From: Cyanidioschyzon merolae
Lineage: Eukaryota
Length of the DNA stretch: 64,000 nucleotides
Reading direction: 5' to 3' (one strand)
Assembly (NCBI GenBank): GCA_000091205.1
Contig: AP006490.2
The notes under the pieces are model-generated. The model was given only the letters and a program-made list of their open reading frames with translations, was not told where the DNA came from and made no database searches. The position numbers were made by a program, and so were the translations under genes. Below are positions 45,271 through 56,758 of the stretch, in pieces. The number at the start of each line of letters is the position of its first letter. The first letter of the stretch is position 1.

Positions 45271-45669
45271 CGTTCGCAAATGAACACCGAGCGTCCCTGA
45301 TTTACACATAGGAATCCCTAAGCCCCTACTGTCGTCGTTCCAGTATCGATACTACACAACGAAACAAAAAGTGCGGCAAATATCGCGAGGCACAACCTGG
45401 GCAAGCAGTTCCGGGCACGTTCGGCATCGGATACGTGTGTCCACCCTCTAATAGAGACATTTATGAACATTAGAGACATGAAACGGAACGCCACGCGCCC
45501 GGCGCATTCGAACGCGCGAATCTGCGTCAGCGGCGCACGCGCATCGCACACAGCCGTTGCGCATGGCGGTGTGCGCTGGCCTGGTGCAGCGGCATCGTGA
45601 ACGCCTGCTTCCATACGCTATCGGGCGCTGGACGCTCCTGCCCACTACAGGGACGCTGGACTGTAACTC

Positions 45670-46914
45670 ATGGGACTCTCGACGATAGATGCCGACGTTC
45701 TTCGGTCGTACACGGAGGTTGTCGAAGCAGCAGCGCCGGCAAGCGAACGAAAGGCCGGATTTCTGGTTCAACAGCACGGGGCGCTCGGTGATGGCGGAGA
45801 CGCTTCGCAACCCGCTGGTGGCGCCACTGAGGCTGGCGCTGCCAACAGCGAGGGCGACGCAGGCTCCAACGTTGACATGTTTTATTTCGAGCACGCGCTA
45901 GCGACAGCGATATCCAGCCAGCAGCAACACAGCGCTGGCGGCGGTGGCGGTGGCGGTGGCGCCCCAGACCCGTCTACGGTGCATACCACTGGCTCTGCGA
46001 CCACAACTGAAGGCGTGTCAAACCTCACCAGGCTTGTAGTCGAGGAACAAAAGACACTCGATCTTTTCCACAAACTCAAGTTTAACTGGCTCGAACTGCA
46101 GACAAAACAGTACTTCCTCGAGGTTCTTCTAGGCTGCCCCAAGGGCGTGACACCGAACGATCTTTGTCCATCGGACGCCGCCATTGCCGAACTTGAAATA
46201 TCATCTGCTCAAGCGAAGCAGGAGCTCAAAAAAATCAAGCAGCAGACGAAAAATTTGCACGAACAAATGGAATCACTCTGCACAGAGCTGGCTCGAGCCC
46301 ACGGGATATACCTAGCGTCGTTCAACGAATGCAGAACGGCCGTTGAGGATCTCTGCGCTCGCGTTCAGGAGCGAGCGTATCGAGATCAACTTGTCGAGCG
46401 TGATGCAGAATTAGCGTCACTGCGGCAGCAGGAAGCTGAGATGCTCGCCAAAAAAGCCAAGCTCGAGTGGGAGACGCGACCCCTCGAACAGAGCATCGAT
46501 GCATTGCGAGAAGAAATCGCAGCTACCGAGACGCGACTTGAAAGTGGTAATTCAGCGAGCGAAAAAGAGCCAGACGCCGCATTGCGAGCGCGCTACCAGG
46601 CCATGGTTGCGTGGTATCAAGCCATGATCCCATTGCTCGAGTCTATATCTGGCATTCGAATCGAGCGCTTTGAGACTGATCGCCTAGTGATCAGCATGGA
46701 ACACGCTGTTTCCGACCAAAAACAACAGGCCGTGCTCGATCTCATTCCCGGTTCGTGCTTGATATCTCGGATCACGTTGGAACCGCCACCGTCGCCAACA
46801 AGTGGACTCGACGCCGCCGAAATAGAGACACTTCTTCGCCGTGCGAACGAAACGAACGACATGGGCTGGTTGATTCGCACCCTTCAACAACGACTCTACT
46901 TGTGCGCCCGCTAG
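45670..46914 (+). CDS. Hypothetical coiled-coil protein with a poly-Gly tract; possibly a kinetochore Spc24/Spc25-like architecture.
   Basis: A 414-aa ORF with a clean ATG. Disordered N-terminal region, a central coiled coil, and a globular C-terminal ~120 aa. No diagnostic motif. Confidence 0.45.
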   Translation: MGLSTIDADVLRSYTEVVEAAAPASERKAGFLVQQHGALGDGGDASQPAGGATEAGAANSEGDAGSNVDMFYFEHALATAISSQQQHSAGGGGGGGGAPDPSTVHTTGSATTTEGVSNLTRLVVEEQKTLDLFHKLKFNWLELQTKQYFLEVLLGCPKGVTPNDLCPSDAAIAELEISSAQAKQELKKIKQQTKNLHEQMESLCTELARAHGIYLASFNECRTAVEDLCARVQERAYRDQLVERDAELASLRQQEAEMLAKKAKLEWETRPLEQSIDALREEIAATETRLESGNSASEKEPDAALRARYQAMVAWYQAMIPLLESISGIRIERFETDRLVISMEHAVSDQKQQAVLDLIPGSCLISRITLEPPPSPTSGLDAAEIETLLRRANETNDMGWLIRTLQQRLYLCAR

Positions 46915-47042
46915 GTTCCAACAGCCGACTTTGAGCGCCGCGAACGCCTCCCTGGGCACGCGACGTCGCACTCCGTTTAAAGACACAAAGCTGCGCATCC
47001 GTTTCCGTAAGGCACGCTATGCCTCCTTGCCACTGGCGTTGC

Positions 47043-47453
47043 TCAGGGATCAGGTTCACAGCGCAGTACAGCCTGTACAAGTGCGTCAACGGCGGTCGCG
47101 AGTCGCTCTGCGGTTCGTGCCCTGTCGGCGTTTATGAGTTGCTCCGCTTTCTCTTGCAGCTTTTGACCTAATCCTTCCGTTGTACCAGCTAGTTCAGCCT
47201 GCATCTGTCGAAAACTCGCTTCCTTCCGTTCACGATAGGCAGCAATGTCTTTCTCGGCCTCAGACACGGCTAGACGCAAACGGTCCTCGCGCTCTTTTCG
47301 AGCAAGCTGGATACGCTCTGCAGCTTCCGCCTCGGCCTGGAGCAACAGACGAACGGTATCGGCCGTCTTGTTGGCTTCGGGACCCAAGCCCCCGTCCATC
47401 TTCAGTCCGGTGCGCTCTTTACTCATCAGCTGCGTAACGTGCGCACTCCACAC
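47043..47453 (-). CDS. VMA10: V-type ATPase subunit G.
   Basis: RLLLQAEAEAAERIQLARKEREDRLRLAVSEAEKDIAAYRERKEASFRQMQ... is the typical V-ATPase G helix. The true start is likely an internal Met (MDGG.. at ~47399). Confidence 0.8.
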   Translation of the reverse strand: MWSAHVTQLMSKERTGLKMDGGLGPEANKTADTVRLLLQAEAEAAERIQLARKEREDRLRLAVSEAEKDIAAYRERKEASFRQMQAELAGTTEGLGQKLQEKAEQLINADRARTAERLATAVDALVQAVLRCEPDP

Positions 47454-47806
47454 GAAGCAGCGCCAAAACCAGTGTGCGCGCTCTCTCCCTGTTGAGGACG
47501 CTTTGGGTACGCGGTGCTTGACACACCCTCCAGGGAGCGATGCGCCGCGGCTCTGCTGAAACTTGAGTACGCTCCGTAGCCGACCGTGTGCCTGAGCCTA
47601 AACGGCCACGTTAAGTGCTTCCCCTTGTGAGAGAGTAGCCGTTGTCGGCAACTCAGAACGCCCTAGAGCCACACGAGACTAGCCAGTGGGGTTCACGAAC
47701 GTCGTCGAGACGGTTGCGGCGGCGTTGCCGGTGACGCGTGCAGCCTTGCCGCGGAGCGCACCTGCGGCGTAACACACACCGATGTGAGCAAGTGCCATAA
47801 AACGGA

Positions 47807-48570
47807 TCCACTAACTTGGACGAAGGCAATAAAGTTTGATTCTCTTATCACTGTCATAAATACTAGCCTTCATGGACGATTTATGCGACTGCTTCGATTC
47901 ACGCGCTCCTAGCTCCGGCTTTGAGTACGCTGGCCTCCCTGCCTGCCTATCCAACTCCGTTGCAAATAGTCACAGCATGTTGGTGGCAGCGTTCAATTAC
48001 CGATGCTGATGCTTCCAGATGTTTTCGACGCATTTCACGCACAGGCAGTACCCAGCATCTGCGCTTCGCTTGCCATTGTGATCTTCATTTCGTTCAGCGT
48101 CGGTGCGCCGGTCGAAACGATGACGCTCGGCCTTGGTCAGGTGTTCCCGGACGTCGACAATGCTCCGTCTCCCGAGATCCACGCTGTGGCACATGAAGGT
48201 TCGCTTCATGATCCGGGATATGCGCATCACTGGGGCAGAGGACGCTGCTCGATGCCCCGCCTCGTTACCTAACTCGGTGCATCACCGACATAGGATTACC
48301 GGCTTCATCTGAGCGACCCGTCGATGGTTTGGCGTTGCCATTCTACGGAGGATTTCTGGAACACGATGATTTGCATGACGGAACGAGTACCGGACGGCAG
48401 TCCAGGTTGGGTACGAAATTTCCAGAGATTCCGATCCTTCTGGGCATTGCTGGAGCACAGCGGATATGCCGTCGCGAGTCTACGCGAATGCTGCAACGAC
48501 TCAAGTGTGGTCCTTGTACCCTTTGCCACGGAAACCGAAGAGACGGCATCCTCTTGGTGCATATCCTGTG
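47807..48570 (+). repeat. R3: 765-bp direct repeat, copy 2.
   Basis: See 44102-44866. Confidence 0.85.
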
Positions 48571-48749
48571 GCAGATGCGCACGCCGCGCAACGGCGATAC
48601 CGCGGCTACTGTAAGCTGTCACTGCGCTAGAGTGCAGCTCGCAGGAGCTTCTGGGGAACGCTGTGCGTCGCTTTTTCCCATGATCAAGTCGTTTTCGTAG
48701 TGGTTCCTCGACTAAGAATAGGCTGCATCTAGCGAGAACGCTCTCTAGG

Positions 48750-49871
48750 ATGCCCGTCATCTCGCTGGGACGCATCGAAGACGCGCATGAAAAAGGTGTC
48801 TGGGCGATAACGAAGCTTGGTAACGGTAGGTTTTTGTCCGGAGGACTTGACGGGGCGTTGAAGCTCTGGCAGTTAGGGGCGCAGGAGCGAGGTCCGGTGG
48901 ACGCTGCGCCCGCTGCCTCAGCACAGGAAGGCGACACCGCTACCAGTACGTCCGCTGGAGATGAGGTAGCTGAGTTGGTTGCACACTGGCCTCAAGCGCA
49001 TCATTTGGCAGTCACGAGCCTTGATTCAGTGCCGGCACAAAATCTAGCAGTTTCCACCGGATTCGACGGCCGCATCCGAGTGTGGAAGCTCGACGCTACG
49101 ACTCCAGAGCAGGCAGCGCTCAGCGAGCACCAACTGAACCCGCTGGAGGCGTTCCAGGTAGCCGTATCCGCGGGTGCAGACTCTGTGGCGATAGGCGGGG
49201 ACGTGTTCGCGGGAGCTTCTCAGCCGCAACGCATATGTCTTGCCGCTCTCTATAGACTGCCTCTGCTCGAGAAAGCGCATAGTCTAGAAGTTGAACGCGA
49301 CGCTCGTCTCGAGCAGTATCGCTTCACGACCTGCGTGCGCTTTGCCGCATCCGCGGCTACAACCGCACCAGCGAACATGCTACTTTGTGGAGGTAACAAT
49401 GGCACGCTTGTGGCTGTGGACATCAACACGGAAGCATGGGACTGTGTGACGCTTGCGTCTGATCATCAAAGCGGCGCAAGCGTTTCAGAAATCAAGTCAA
49501 GTGGATTACCTGTTCGGGCGCTTGCGCAAACCAAGAAAGAGCCATCGATCGTATTTTGTGCTAGCGAAGACGAATGCATCCATGTCGTGGATTGGCGTAT
49601 GTGCGAAGAGGCGAGCATCTTTGCGACGGCCGGCTCGGGGCCGCTCTTCGCGGTAACAGTCACCGAGGAGGAGCCGGTGTTAGTCTTTGCAGCGGGTGCT
49701 GATGGGCAAGTTCGAGCCTACGATCGGCGCAGTGGAGAATGCGTCTACACGCAAAATGCTGAGACGCGCAAAGCGATATGGTCGCTGGAATCGATCGACC
49801 GCGAGGGTCTCGGTGCTCCGCGTATCGTGCTTGGTGGTGATGACGGATACCTTGAGGTTTTGAAGGCCTGA
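48750..49871 (+). CDS. SKI8: WD40-repeat protein, SKI8/WDR61-like.
   Basis: The N-terminus EDAHEKGVWAITKLGNGRFLSGGLDGALKLWQL parallels WDR61 EQAHDDAIWSVAW..GSLDDLVKVWKW. Repeated ..RVWKLD.. and ..VRAYDRR.. WD units. Confidence 0.6.
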   Translation: MPVISLGRIEDAHEKGVWAITKLGNGRFLSGGLDGALKLWQLGAQERGPVDAAPAASAQEGDTATSTSAGDEVAELVAHWPQAHHLAVTSLDSVPAQNLAVSTGFDGRIRVWKLDATTPEQAALSEHQLNPLEAFQVAVSAGADSVAIGGDVFAGASQPQRICLAALYRLPLLEKAHSLEVERDARLEQYRFTTCVRFAASAATTAPANMLLCGGNNGTLVAVDINTEAWDCVTLASDHQSGASVSEIKSSGLPVRALAQTKKEPSIVFCASEDECIHVVDWRMCEEASIFATAGSGPLFAVTVTEEEPVLVFAAGADGQVRAYDRRSGECVYTQNAETRKAIWSLESIDREGLGAPRIVLGGDDGYLEVLKA

Positions 49872-50597
49872 ACCAAGCGTTGTGAGCCCGAGGCATGCTT
49901 TCCGTTGTTTTTCATCCGTTATTGTCTATCTACGCATACACAACTGCTACAGACGAGCGGCAAGACGCAACGAACAAATCCTTCGTTCGGATGCATCCGC
50001 GGCCATAGTATGGAAATGTTAGGCATTTTTGCGCAACGAGATGGATACTCGAGCGTTGATCGACCGCGAAGAGCTTGTAGGTCGCTGCACAGTGCGGCGA
50101 TCGTTATCTAGCTGAAGCAGGGGGTTCTTTGTTTCTTTCCAGTCTGACACTGGGTGGGAACACGCGTTGCCGACCATGATCTAAGCACGCGTATCATGCA
50201 CTGGACGCTGTGGACGCTGCAGTAGAGCAGTGCCTGACTTGGCGGCAAGACAGCTGCTCTCCAGACTTGAAGCCTCTCAACGGCGTTGCACATGCGACAA
50301 GCGCTTGTGTGGACGCCGACGCCACTCGCCCGTGACGTCTGGAACGCAGCCCGCCGGCGGACGGAACTACGAGAACTGTTCTCTATCCGCAGCGTCGCAT
50401 CTCTCGTGTTGACGTCAGCGCATCCTACGCTGTGGGGATTAGGCCATCGATTGCCCTTCGTGGTTACTTTCGTTATACGTTGCCATGATCAGATGCAAGG
50501 ATGTAGGGCTGGTTCAGCGGCAGTTCCGTGTTGCAGCAGACTTTGCAGCAAGTCCGGCACCGGGTGCCGCATGGATACACATGGCGGGCGGCGCTGG

Positions 50598-50790
50598 TGT
50601 CGACTGCGGCTGCTGGGCACCCTGGATCATGAGGTCGCGTTCGAGTGGTAGCGCATTGACGCTGCTCAAGTCCGTGGCGCTCAACATGGACGATAATGGG
50701 AGCACCCTGGATCATGAGGTCGCGTTCGGGTGCCAGCTCATTGACGCAGCTCAAGCCCGTGGCGCTCAACATGGACGATGATGACGAAGC
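50598..50790. repeat. Two units of a ~95-bp tandem repeat.
   Basis: The unit caccctggatcatgaggtcgcgttcg(a/g)gtg..cattgacgc.gctcaag.ccgtggcgctcaacatggacgat is read twice. Confidence 0.7.
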
Positions 50791-51609
50791 AGGCTTCAGG
50801 CACGCTCTGCTTCTGGTGTGTTGCAGATGGGGAACGACCCGCCTCTGTCTACCAGTGCGCTTGCTTTTTGGTGTACACGGCATTCGTTAGCAACATGGAA
50901 GGAAACGAAGCGGGCTTCAGCAAGCTAAACACATATTCCCCAGCTTTTGATTCTGTATCCTGATTCGAGGTAAACGACGGGAGCGTTTGTCGCTTCCCCA
51001 GAAGCATGCCTTCGTTGAGACTCGTGACGGGCTTGTTGAACCTTTCGAGTCTACAACTCAATAATGAATCGAAAACGATGCTGCCGAATTCTTTGTTGTT
51101 TGCATCATGGATCAGTGTGCATGCTTTGCGACACTACCATTTATCGAAACATTTCCCTGCAGCATTGATACTCGTTTCCCGGGATACTGTCGATCCACGC
51201 GGTCGCTGCTCGACAGCATCGCGCGCTTCGTCTCTAGAACAAGGGTTACGTTTTCGCTAGCTACTGGTCAACAGTCGGGTGTCTGGGACCAGCTACAGGT
51301 CGTGCTTAGTGACCAATCTGGTAAAATTGGTGGCACCAGTTCTTGAACCGGGAACGGAACCAGCTGCAGACCCTTGTGCTGGGCGTGGCTCCGGACACAT
51401 ACGCACCTTTCAGAGGCAGGCGGGTGAGTCTCTTCCCAACAGTCGCTTCTCCTCGCTTTGTGTGGTTTAAAAACAAATAGTACGGTTCATGCCGCGGAAT
51501 TGAAGCTTGCCAAAGCAAGGGGACGGTTCCGTATTCACTCGGTGTCTGGCAACTGTACCGCTTCCGTGGCGAGGACGTTCTTTCGTAACTGCTGCTACTA
51601 GAAAAGCAG

Positions 51610-52218
51610 ATGCTCGATGCGGACTTTGGGTTATGGTTGCTCCTGCTCGCCTTTTTCCATATTTCCGAGGGTTTGTTTGCCTATGTTAAGCACGGAAAGC
51701 GCCCATCAGGGCGCTCTTTCCTGTTTTCCGCTCCGTACATGCTAGCGTTGGCATTGGCGACTGCGGAGCACCTGCTCATGGGGCATTGCCTATGGGCGCG
51801 GTCCCAGAGCACTGGCGGTTCCTCCCTGGCATCTCTTCTCGTCATCAAGGACCACAATCGCTCTGTAGGACTTGCTCTCTGCATTCTCGGTGAAACGATA
51901 CGAAAAACGAGCATTTTGACTCTGGGTGACGCCTTTACGCATGAGATCGCGGTGAAGCAGCGAGCGAGTCATCGGCTCCAGACGCGTGGCCTATACGCCG
52001 TTTGTAGACACCCAGCGTACACTGGTTGGCTGCTCTGGCTTGTGGGCACCCAGATCCTCCTGCGGAACGTGGTATGCGGCATTGCGTTACCATGTATAGC
52101 CTGGAATTTCTTCCGCCAGCGCATTTCTTTTGAAGAGGATCATCTGGAGCGATTTTTTGGGGATGCTTATCGGGAATATCGTGCGAAAACCTTCTCAGGC
52201 ATCCCGGGAATCCCATGA
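51610..52218 (+). CDS. ICMT: Protein-S-isoprenylcysteine O-methyltransferase (ICMT/Ste14 family).
   Basis: Multi-pass hydrophobic protein with the C-terminal motif RHPAYTGWLLW...FEEDHLERFFGDAYREYRAKTFSGIPGIP. Confidence 0.8.
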   Translation: MLDADFGLWLLLLAFFHISEGLFAYVKHGKRPSGRSFLFSAPYMLALALATAEHLLMGHCLWARSQSTGGSSLASLLVIKDHNRSVGLALCILGETIRKTSILTLGDAFTHEIAVKQRASHRLQTRGLYAVCRHPAYTGWLLWLVGTQILLRNVVCGIALPCIAWNFFRQRISFEEDHLERFFGDAYREYRAKTFSGIPGIP

Positions 52219-53751
52219 GCACATTCGCATCTACGAGATGCAATGCCTCTCTCTAGATGGTGCTCCGACTGTTCTAGCACACGATGCTGTGCGTTCGGGG
52301 GCATCTACGCGTTGCTGCGAGCCGAGCAAGTGTTACTCTGCACGATAAATGAAATCACACCACTCACGGCATTGCGTAGAGGTTCATCTTCTTGGTAGCA
52401 CGGCTGCTTCTGTTCTGGAGTGCACATTCTATTCGCGACTTTTTTCCGCTGATTTCCCACAGCGCTGCCCAGCCAAATGCGTCGGCGTTTGGAGCTTCTC
52501 CGGAAGCAACGCTTCAGCAGCATTCGAATCGCTACATGTGAAGTGGGCCAGCCAGCAAGCGACCTTTGAGCAGCATCCTATGCAATATCACCGGTGTGTT
52601 TGTCTGCGCGTCTACGCGCCCAATGAAGGATTTCACTCGCTTCACCATTCCTATGCTGCGACAACGAATATCGACACTGCCATATGCACCAGACGCTGAA
52701 CGAAATTGGTGCATCACGATATCTCATCTAGAGCCCGCGTCCATAGCGCAGCCCGGAGTGAGCGGCCAGGCTTCTGTTGTACGGCTCGAGCGGATACAAC
52801 GCATTCCCCAAGACACTCGAAAAGTCCGCGTTCCTCTTCGGATTCTTCCTAGAGAACGCACGAGACGACCTTTGGGATACGTCATACACCAGCAGGTATT
52901 GACGTGAATGCAGCGAGCGCTTTAGAGATCATCACGTGGTCGCTGGGGTCGCCTTTGCGTCGGAGCAGCCTGGTCAGCCGTCGGAGTTCCAGACTTGCGC
53001 TTGCGTGAAGCGTGACCTGTTGCGTTGCCAGGCTGCACAAGCGCAACACGAAGCAGAGCACCAGCACCGGATGAAGATACGTGCAGACGGGGAGTGCGGG
53101 GGCCCCGAACACCCGTGCCCACATATTGGGCCGTACGGAGCGCTACGAGATAACCCCACAGCGTTGCCGCAAGCAATGGGGGTGCAATCTTTCAGTGGGC
53201 GCGCCCCCCAGTTCTCGACGCACCAGGAGCCTTCAAGTTCCACGTTAGAGTGCTTTCGTGGAACATTACAAAACCACTTGAACACGGATGCACAGCAAAA
53301 CCCAATAAAACCAACTATTCATCCAAGTCCAGAAGCACAGACCTTGCACGATCTCGGAGTTTCCTGGCGTTTCCCGGCCCTGTCATCCCTGAGCTGTCAC
53401 CTTTCAAGCAACGTTCTCAAGTTGTCAGCGAAGGGCTGCCTCAAGAGCACTTTGCTATCACTTCGCTTCCACCAACTCTACACAAATACCTCTAACTGCT
53501 TCCGTCGAGCCAAGCGAGTGTGCTGCGTGCTCACCGTTGGAAGGCACAACGGCCAGTCGGCGGTGTTACCCTGCAGCAACCGGCACACACAAAAACCCTT
53601 ACCCGAGGGGGTTTTCGGGCCAGCCTCAGGTCAGTCACCGCTCAGCGAAACCCAGAGACACCAGTGAGCTCCTGGTGTCGAAAGCTGTCGTTCTGGGATA
53701 CCATTTCCGCACCGTTCCACCCTGAGGCTGCCTCGTGTTCAGGCGTAGCTT

Positions 53752-56541
53752 GTGCGTAGACGCGGGCGGATGCCAGCCCGACGTTGCGACTCGGTTGCCT
53801 TGTCGCCGCAACCGTTCTGGAGCGTACGTGCTGCCCGTGTTGACACGTCGCCTGGTGGCAAGCCGCTGTGGATGGGCGCTTTTTGTGACCACTATCTGGT
53901 ACTGGTTATCCACGGGGTTGGTGACCAATATGCGGATAACAACTTTATCACCAGTCTTGAGCGCTGCACAGAGGCACTGGCTCGCCTCATCGAGCGGCAG
54001 TCCAAACGCATTCGCGAACAGCTGCGGAGCACTAGTCAAGCACGTGGTTGCTTCGCGGATGCGTTACTGGAAAATTGGCCAAGCGTCGACGTGCGCTGTA
54101 TAGAGTGGCACTCGAAACTCCAGTACAAGCACGGTTGGAACCACATGGTCGAGCGCGTCACCCCAGCGGGTATTGAGGAAGTTCGTCGGATCATGCGTGA
54201 GACTTTCGGCGATATTGCGCTCTTCATGTCACCCAAATGGCACCAGGTGATCATGGAAGAAGTTGTTCGTGAGCTAACGCTAGCATACGAGCGGAAACGG
54301 GAGCAAGTTCGGCAGGCAGTGTCGCTGGACGGAGCTGTTCCGAGCGTTCGCGTTGCACTGCTGTGTCATTCGCTTGGGGCCCTGATCGGCTTCGACTTGA
54401 TTCGGCTCGGCTATGCGCTCCCGTTTCAGGTAGAGCATGTGTTTTTGTGTGGGTCCCCACTCGGAGCGTATTTGTCCTTGTTGCCAAACGGAGAGCAACT
54501 CGCCCGCAAGTACCTGCTCGATCTCTGGATAGAGCGGCAACGAGACGAGGACGTCGTTGGAAAAGCCACTCCGGCCGAGCGCTTCGCATCGAATACGCAG
54601 ATGCGATTACGCTCAGGCAGGGCAGATCGAACCGGTATCCGGCATACACGGGAACATGTCGATGGGTATGCCGCTTCTTCTCGGAATGCTGCCGCTGCCG
54701 GTGCGACGCTTCAACCACGGTTCTATAATCTGTTTCATCCGTTGGATCCGGCGGCGTTTCGCCTCGAGCCGTGGCTTGATCCATCCATGGCGCTGCAGGA
54801 GAGCGTGGAACTACCGCTCCCGTTGGAGTTGGAGCGATTGCTCAGCAGTCGGGCTCCTGCACAGGTGCCGGCAGCACCGCGAATGCAAACCGCCGCCACC
54901 GCCTTTACCACAACCAGCGCCATGACTGCGCCTACTGCTACCAACGCTGCAACGTTGCCGAAAGGCATCGACGCTTGCCCTGAGCAACAGCCGCCTCGGT
55001 ATGCACCGTGCGCTGCCAGCGCACTATCCGTTGAGGGTCCCGCTGCGTCTGCTGGCGACGATATGAGTGCGTCCTCCATTCCTGATGATGTCGATGCGCA
55101 GAGCACGGGCTCCTTCTCTTCCGCGGAGGTGTTGACGAGAGCGTCCTCGACACGGCGATCGCTATCTTCGCCGCGGCTCTCTCAACTCGGAGGCGAAGGC
55201 ACTTATCGAGATGATCCGTTCGCCACCACTGGACTCGGTGCCGCCCTACGAGGCAGAACCGCTGTTGGTCTCAGTCGATCGAGCTCGAATCCCGAGTTTA
55301 CCGTTCCGCTCACCGCTGCGGAGACGGATCTGCCGGCGAAGGACTCCGTACCTGCCGAAAGTCTGGATCCGGATAGGATGGGTTGTACTTGCGGGGAAGC
55401 TCACTCGCTCGACAGAAAACGGTTGCAATGTGCGATTCGAACTTGCACTCGTCGGGGCGCCAAGACAGGGCGTTCAGAGCAAGCGAAACAGGTAGAGTTA
55501 CCAGGCACGCAATTCCCGGATTCCGTTCAGGACTGGTGTCGTCCGTACCGCGAACCAGAATTCTCCCTAGACGATACCCGGGTGTACAAGCGGCCGCACG
55601 GGAATCCCGAGGTGGGGTGTTATTTTCGGCGTGTCGATTACGTCGTCCACGATCCGCAGGTCGCCCGCTCGGGACGCGTCTGGCAGTTTGTGCAGTGCCT
55701 TCGCTCCCATGCGTGTTATTGGACAAGTGATGAGGTTGCCTCGTTCGTGGTGGGCATCCTCTATGACTGTCTTCGACAGCCGCGGGCACGACTCAATGAA
55801 ATGGGCGCCTTGATGGGTACCGACCTCGGCTCCATGGCGTCCGCACAACGCTTCGGCAACGGACATGCTCGTTTCTGCACAGATGCCGTGCCTGATGCAG
55901 TCGCCAGTCTCGCAGATGGTCGTGACGCTAACGCACCTGCAGCGAATCGAGAAACGGATACCAGTGCACCAAGCGGGAACGGCATGCTCGCCCGAAGGCG
56001 TGCATCGCCGGCTCGGCGAAGTGCTTCGGCAGCTTCACTGGATCCTGCACAACGGAAACCTGAGTGCTGCCAACAGTGCATCCCTGGCGCCAGTACCGTT
56101 GCATTCACGTCGGTCGGTCGCCCCGGCGAGTTATTGACTGTGAGCACCAAAAACTCAGTTCGCAGCAGGAACGGTGCAGGGCATCGCGCGAGCGTTTCCC
56201 CAACAAATAGCGCATACGCTAAGCATGGGTCACCGGACCCCGACGAGAATCATGATCATCATACGGGTCAATTTCGGCTTCTACACGAGGTCTCATCCTT
56301 GTCACCGGCACCAACTGTGGGATTTCTCGTGGGTGACTCGGCGCCGCGCCCTTTGCGTATGATTAGTGACCTGCTGGAAAAACTTGTCACAGAGGGCCGT
56401 TGGGTCGCAGCGCTCATGCTTGTTTCTGGGGCATTTATTATGAGCTGTGGCCTTGTGGCCTTGATTCTGGCGCTTCTATTACGTAGCCTCTATGTGACAC
56501 TTTTTCTGAAGCAAAAACATCCACTGGGCTTCTTGTCATGA
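53752..56541 (+). CDS. DDHD-domain phospholipase A1-like protein with a C-terminal TM segment.
   Basis: Lipase-type LLCHSLGALIGFDL and the DDHD signature YNLFHPLDPAAFRLEPWL. Long disordered Ser/Ala-rich middle region. C-terminal hydrophobic helix. The start may be the internal Met at ~53872. Confidence 0.65.
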   Translation: MRRRGRMPARRCDSVALSPQPFWSVRAARVDTSPGGKPLWMGAFCDHYLVLVIHGVGDQYADNNFITSLERCTEALARLIERQSKRIREQLRSTSQARGCFADALLENWPSVDVRCIEWHSKLQYKHGWNHMVERVTPAGIEEVRRIMRETFGDIALFMSPKWHQVIMEEVVRELTLAYERKREQVRQAVSLDGAVPSVRVALLCHSLGALIGFDLIRLGYALPFQVEHVFLCGSPLGAYLSLLPNGEQLARKYLLDLWIERQRDEDVVGKATPAERFASNTQMRLRSGRADRTGIRHTREHVDGYAASSRNAAAAGATLQPRFYNLFHPLDPAAFRLEPWLDPSMALQESVELPLPLELERLLSSRAPAQVPAAPRMQTAATAFTTTSAMTAPTATNAATLPKGIDACPEQQPPRYAPCAASALSVEGPAASAGDDMSASSIPDDVDAQSTGSFSSAEVLTRASSTRRSLSSPRLSQLGGEGTYRDDPFATTGLGAALRGRTAVGLSRSSSNPEFTVPLTAAETDLPAKDSVPAESLDPDRMGCTCGEAHSLDRKRLQCAIRTCTRRGAKTGRSEQAKQVELPGTQFPDSVQDWCRPYREPEFSLDDTRVYKRPHGNPEVGCYFRRVDYVVHDPQVARSGRVWQFVQCLRSHACYWTSDEVASFVVGILYDCLRQPRARLNEMGALMGTDLGSMASAQRFGNGHARFCTDAVPDAVASLADGRDANAPAANRETDTSAPSGNGMLARRRASPARRSASAASLDPAQRKPECCQQCIPGASTVAFTSVGRPGELLTVSTKNSVRSRNGAGHRASVSPTNSAYAKHGSPDPDENHDHHTGQFRLLHEVSSLSPAPTVGFLVGDSAPRPLRMISDLLEKLVTEGRWVAALMLVSGAFIMSCGLVALILALLLRSLYVTLFLKQKHPLGFLS

Positions 56542-56758
56542 GCGAGTCCGCTGATTACCGGGTTTCAAGTCCCTAAAACACTACTGACGCGTCGATCGCT
56601 TGCCAGATATACGCACCTGGAACGAACGAACGCAAGTGATCAGCCGCAATCATCCAGCGCATTCTGGATGAAACTTCGCGCCTGCACCTCGACAGCGACA
56701 ACATGTTACACCGCGGGATATGTACACCGAAAGGCGCGCTCCGGTTCGCGGAAGCATT

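Noticed and set aside
44102-48570. LTR-retrotransposon interpretation of the 765-bp direct repeats.
   Set aside because: The repeats do not start or end in TG..CA, and no primer-binding site or polypurine tract is evident. The internal 2.9 kb encodes V-ATPase G and a coiled-coil host gene rather than gag/pol.
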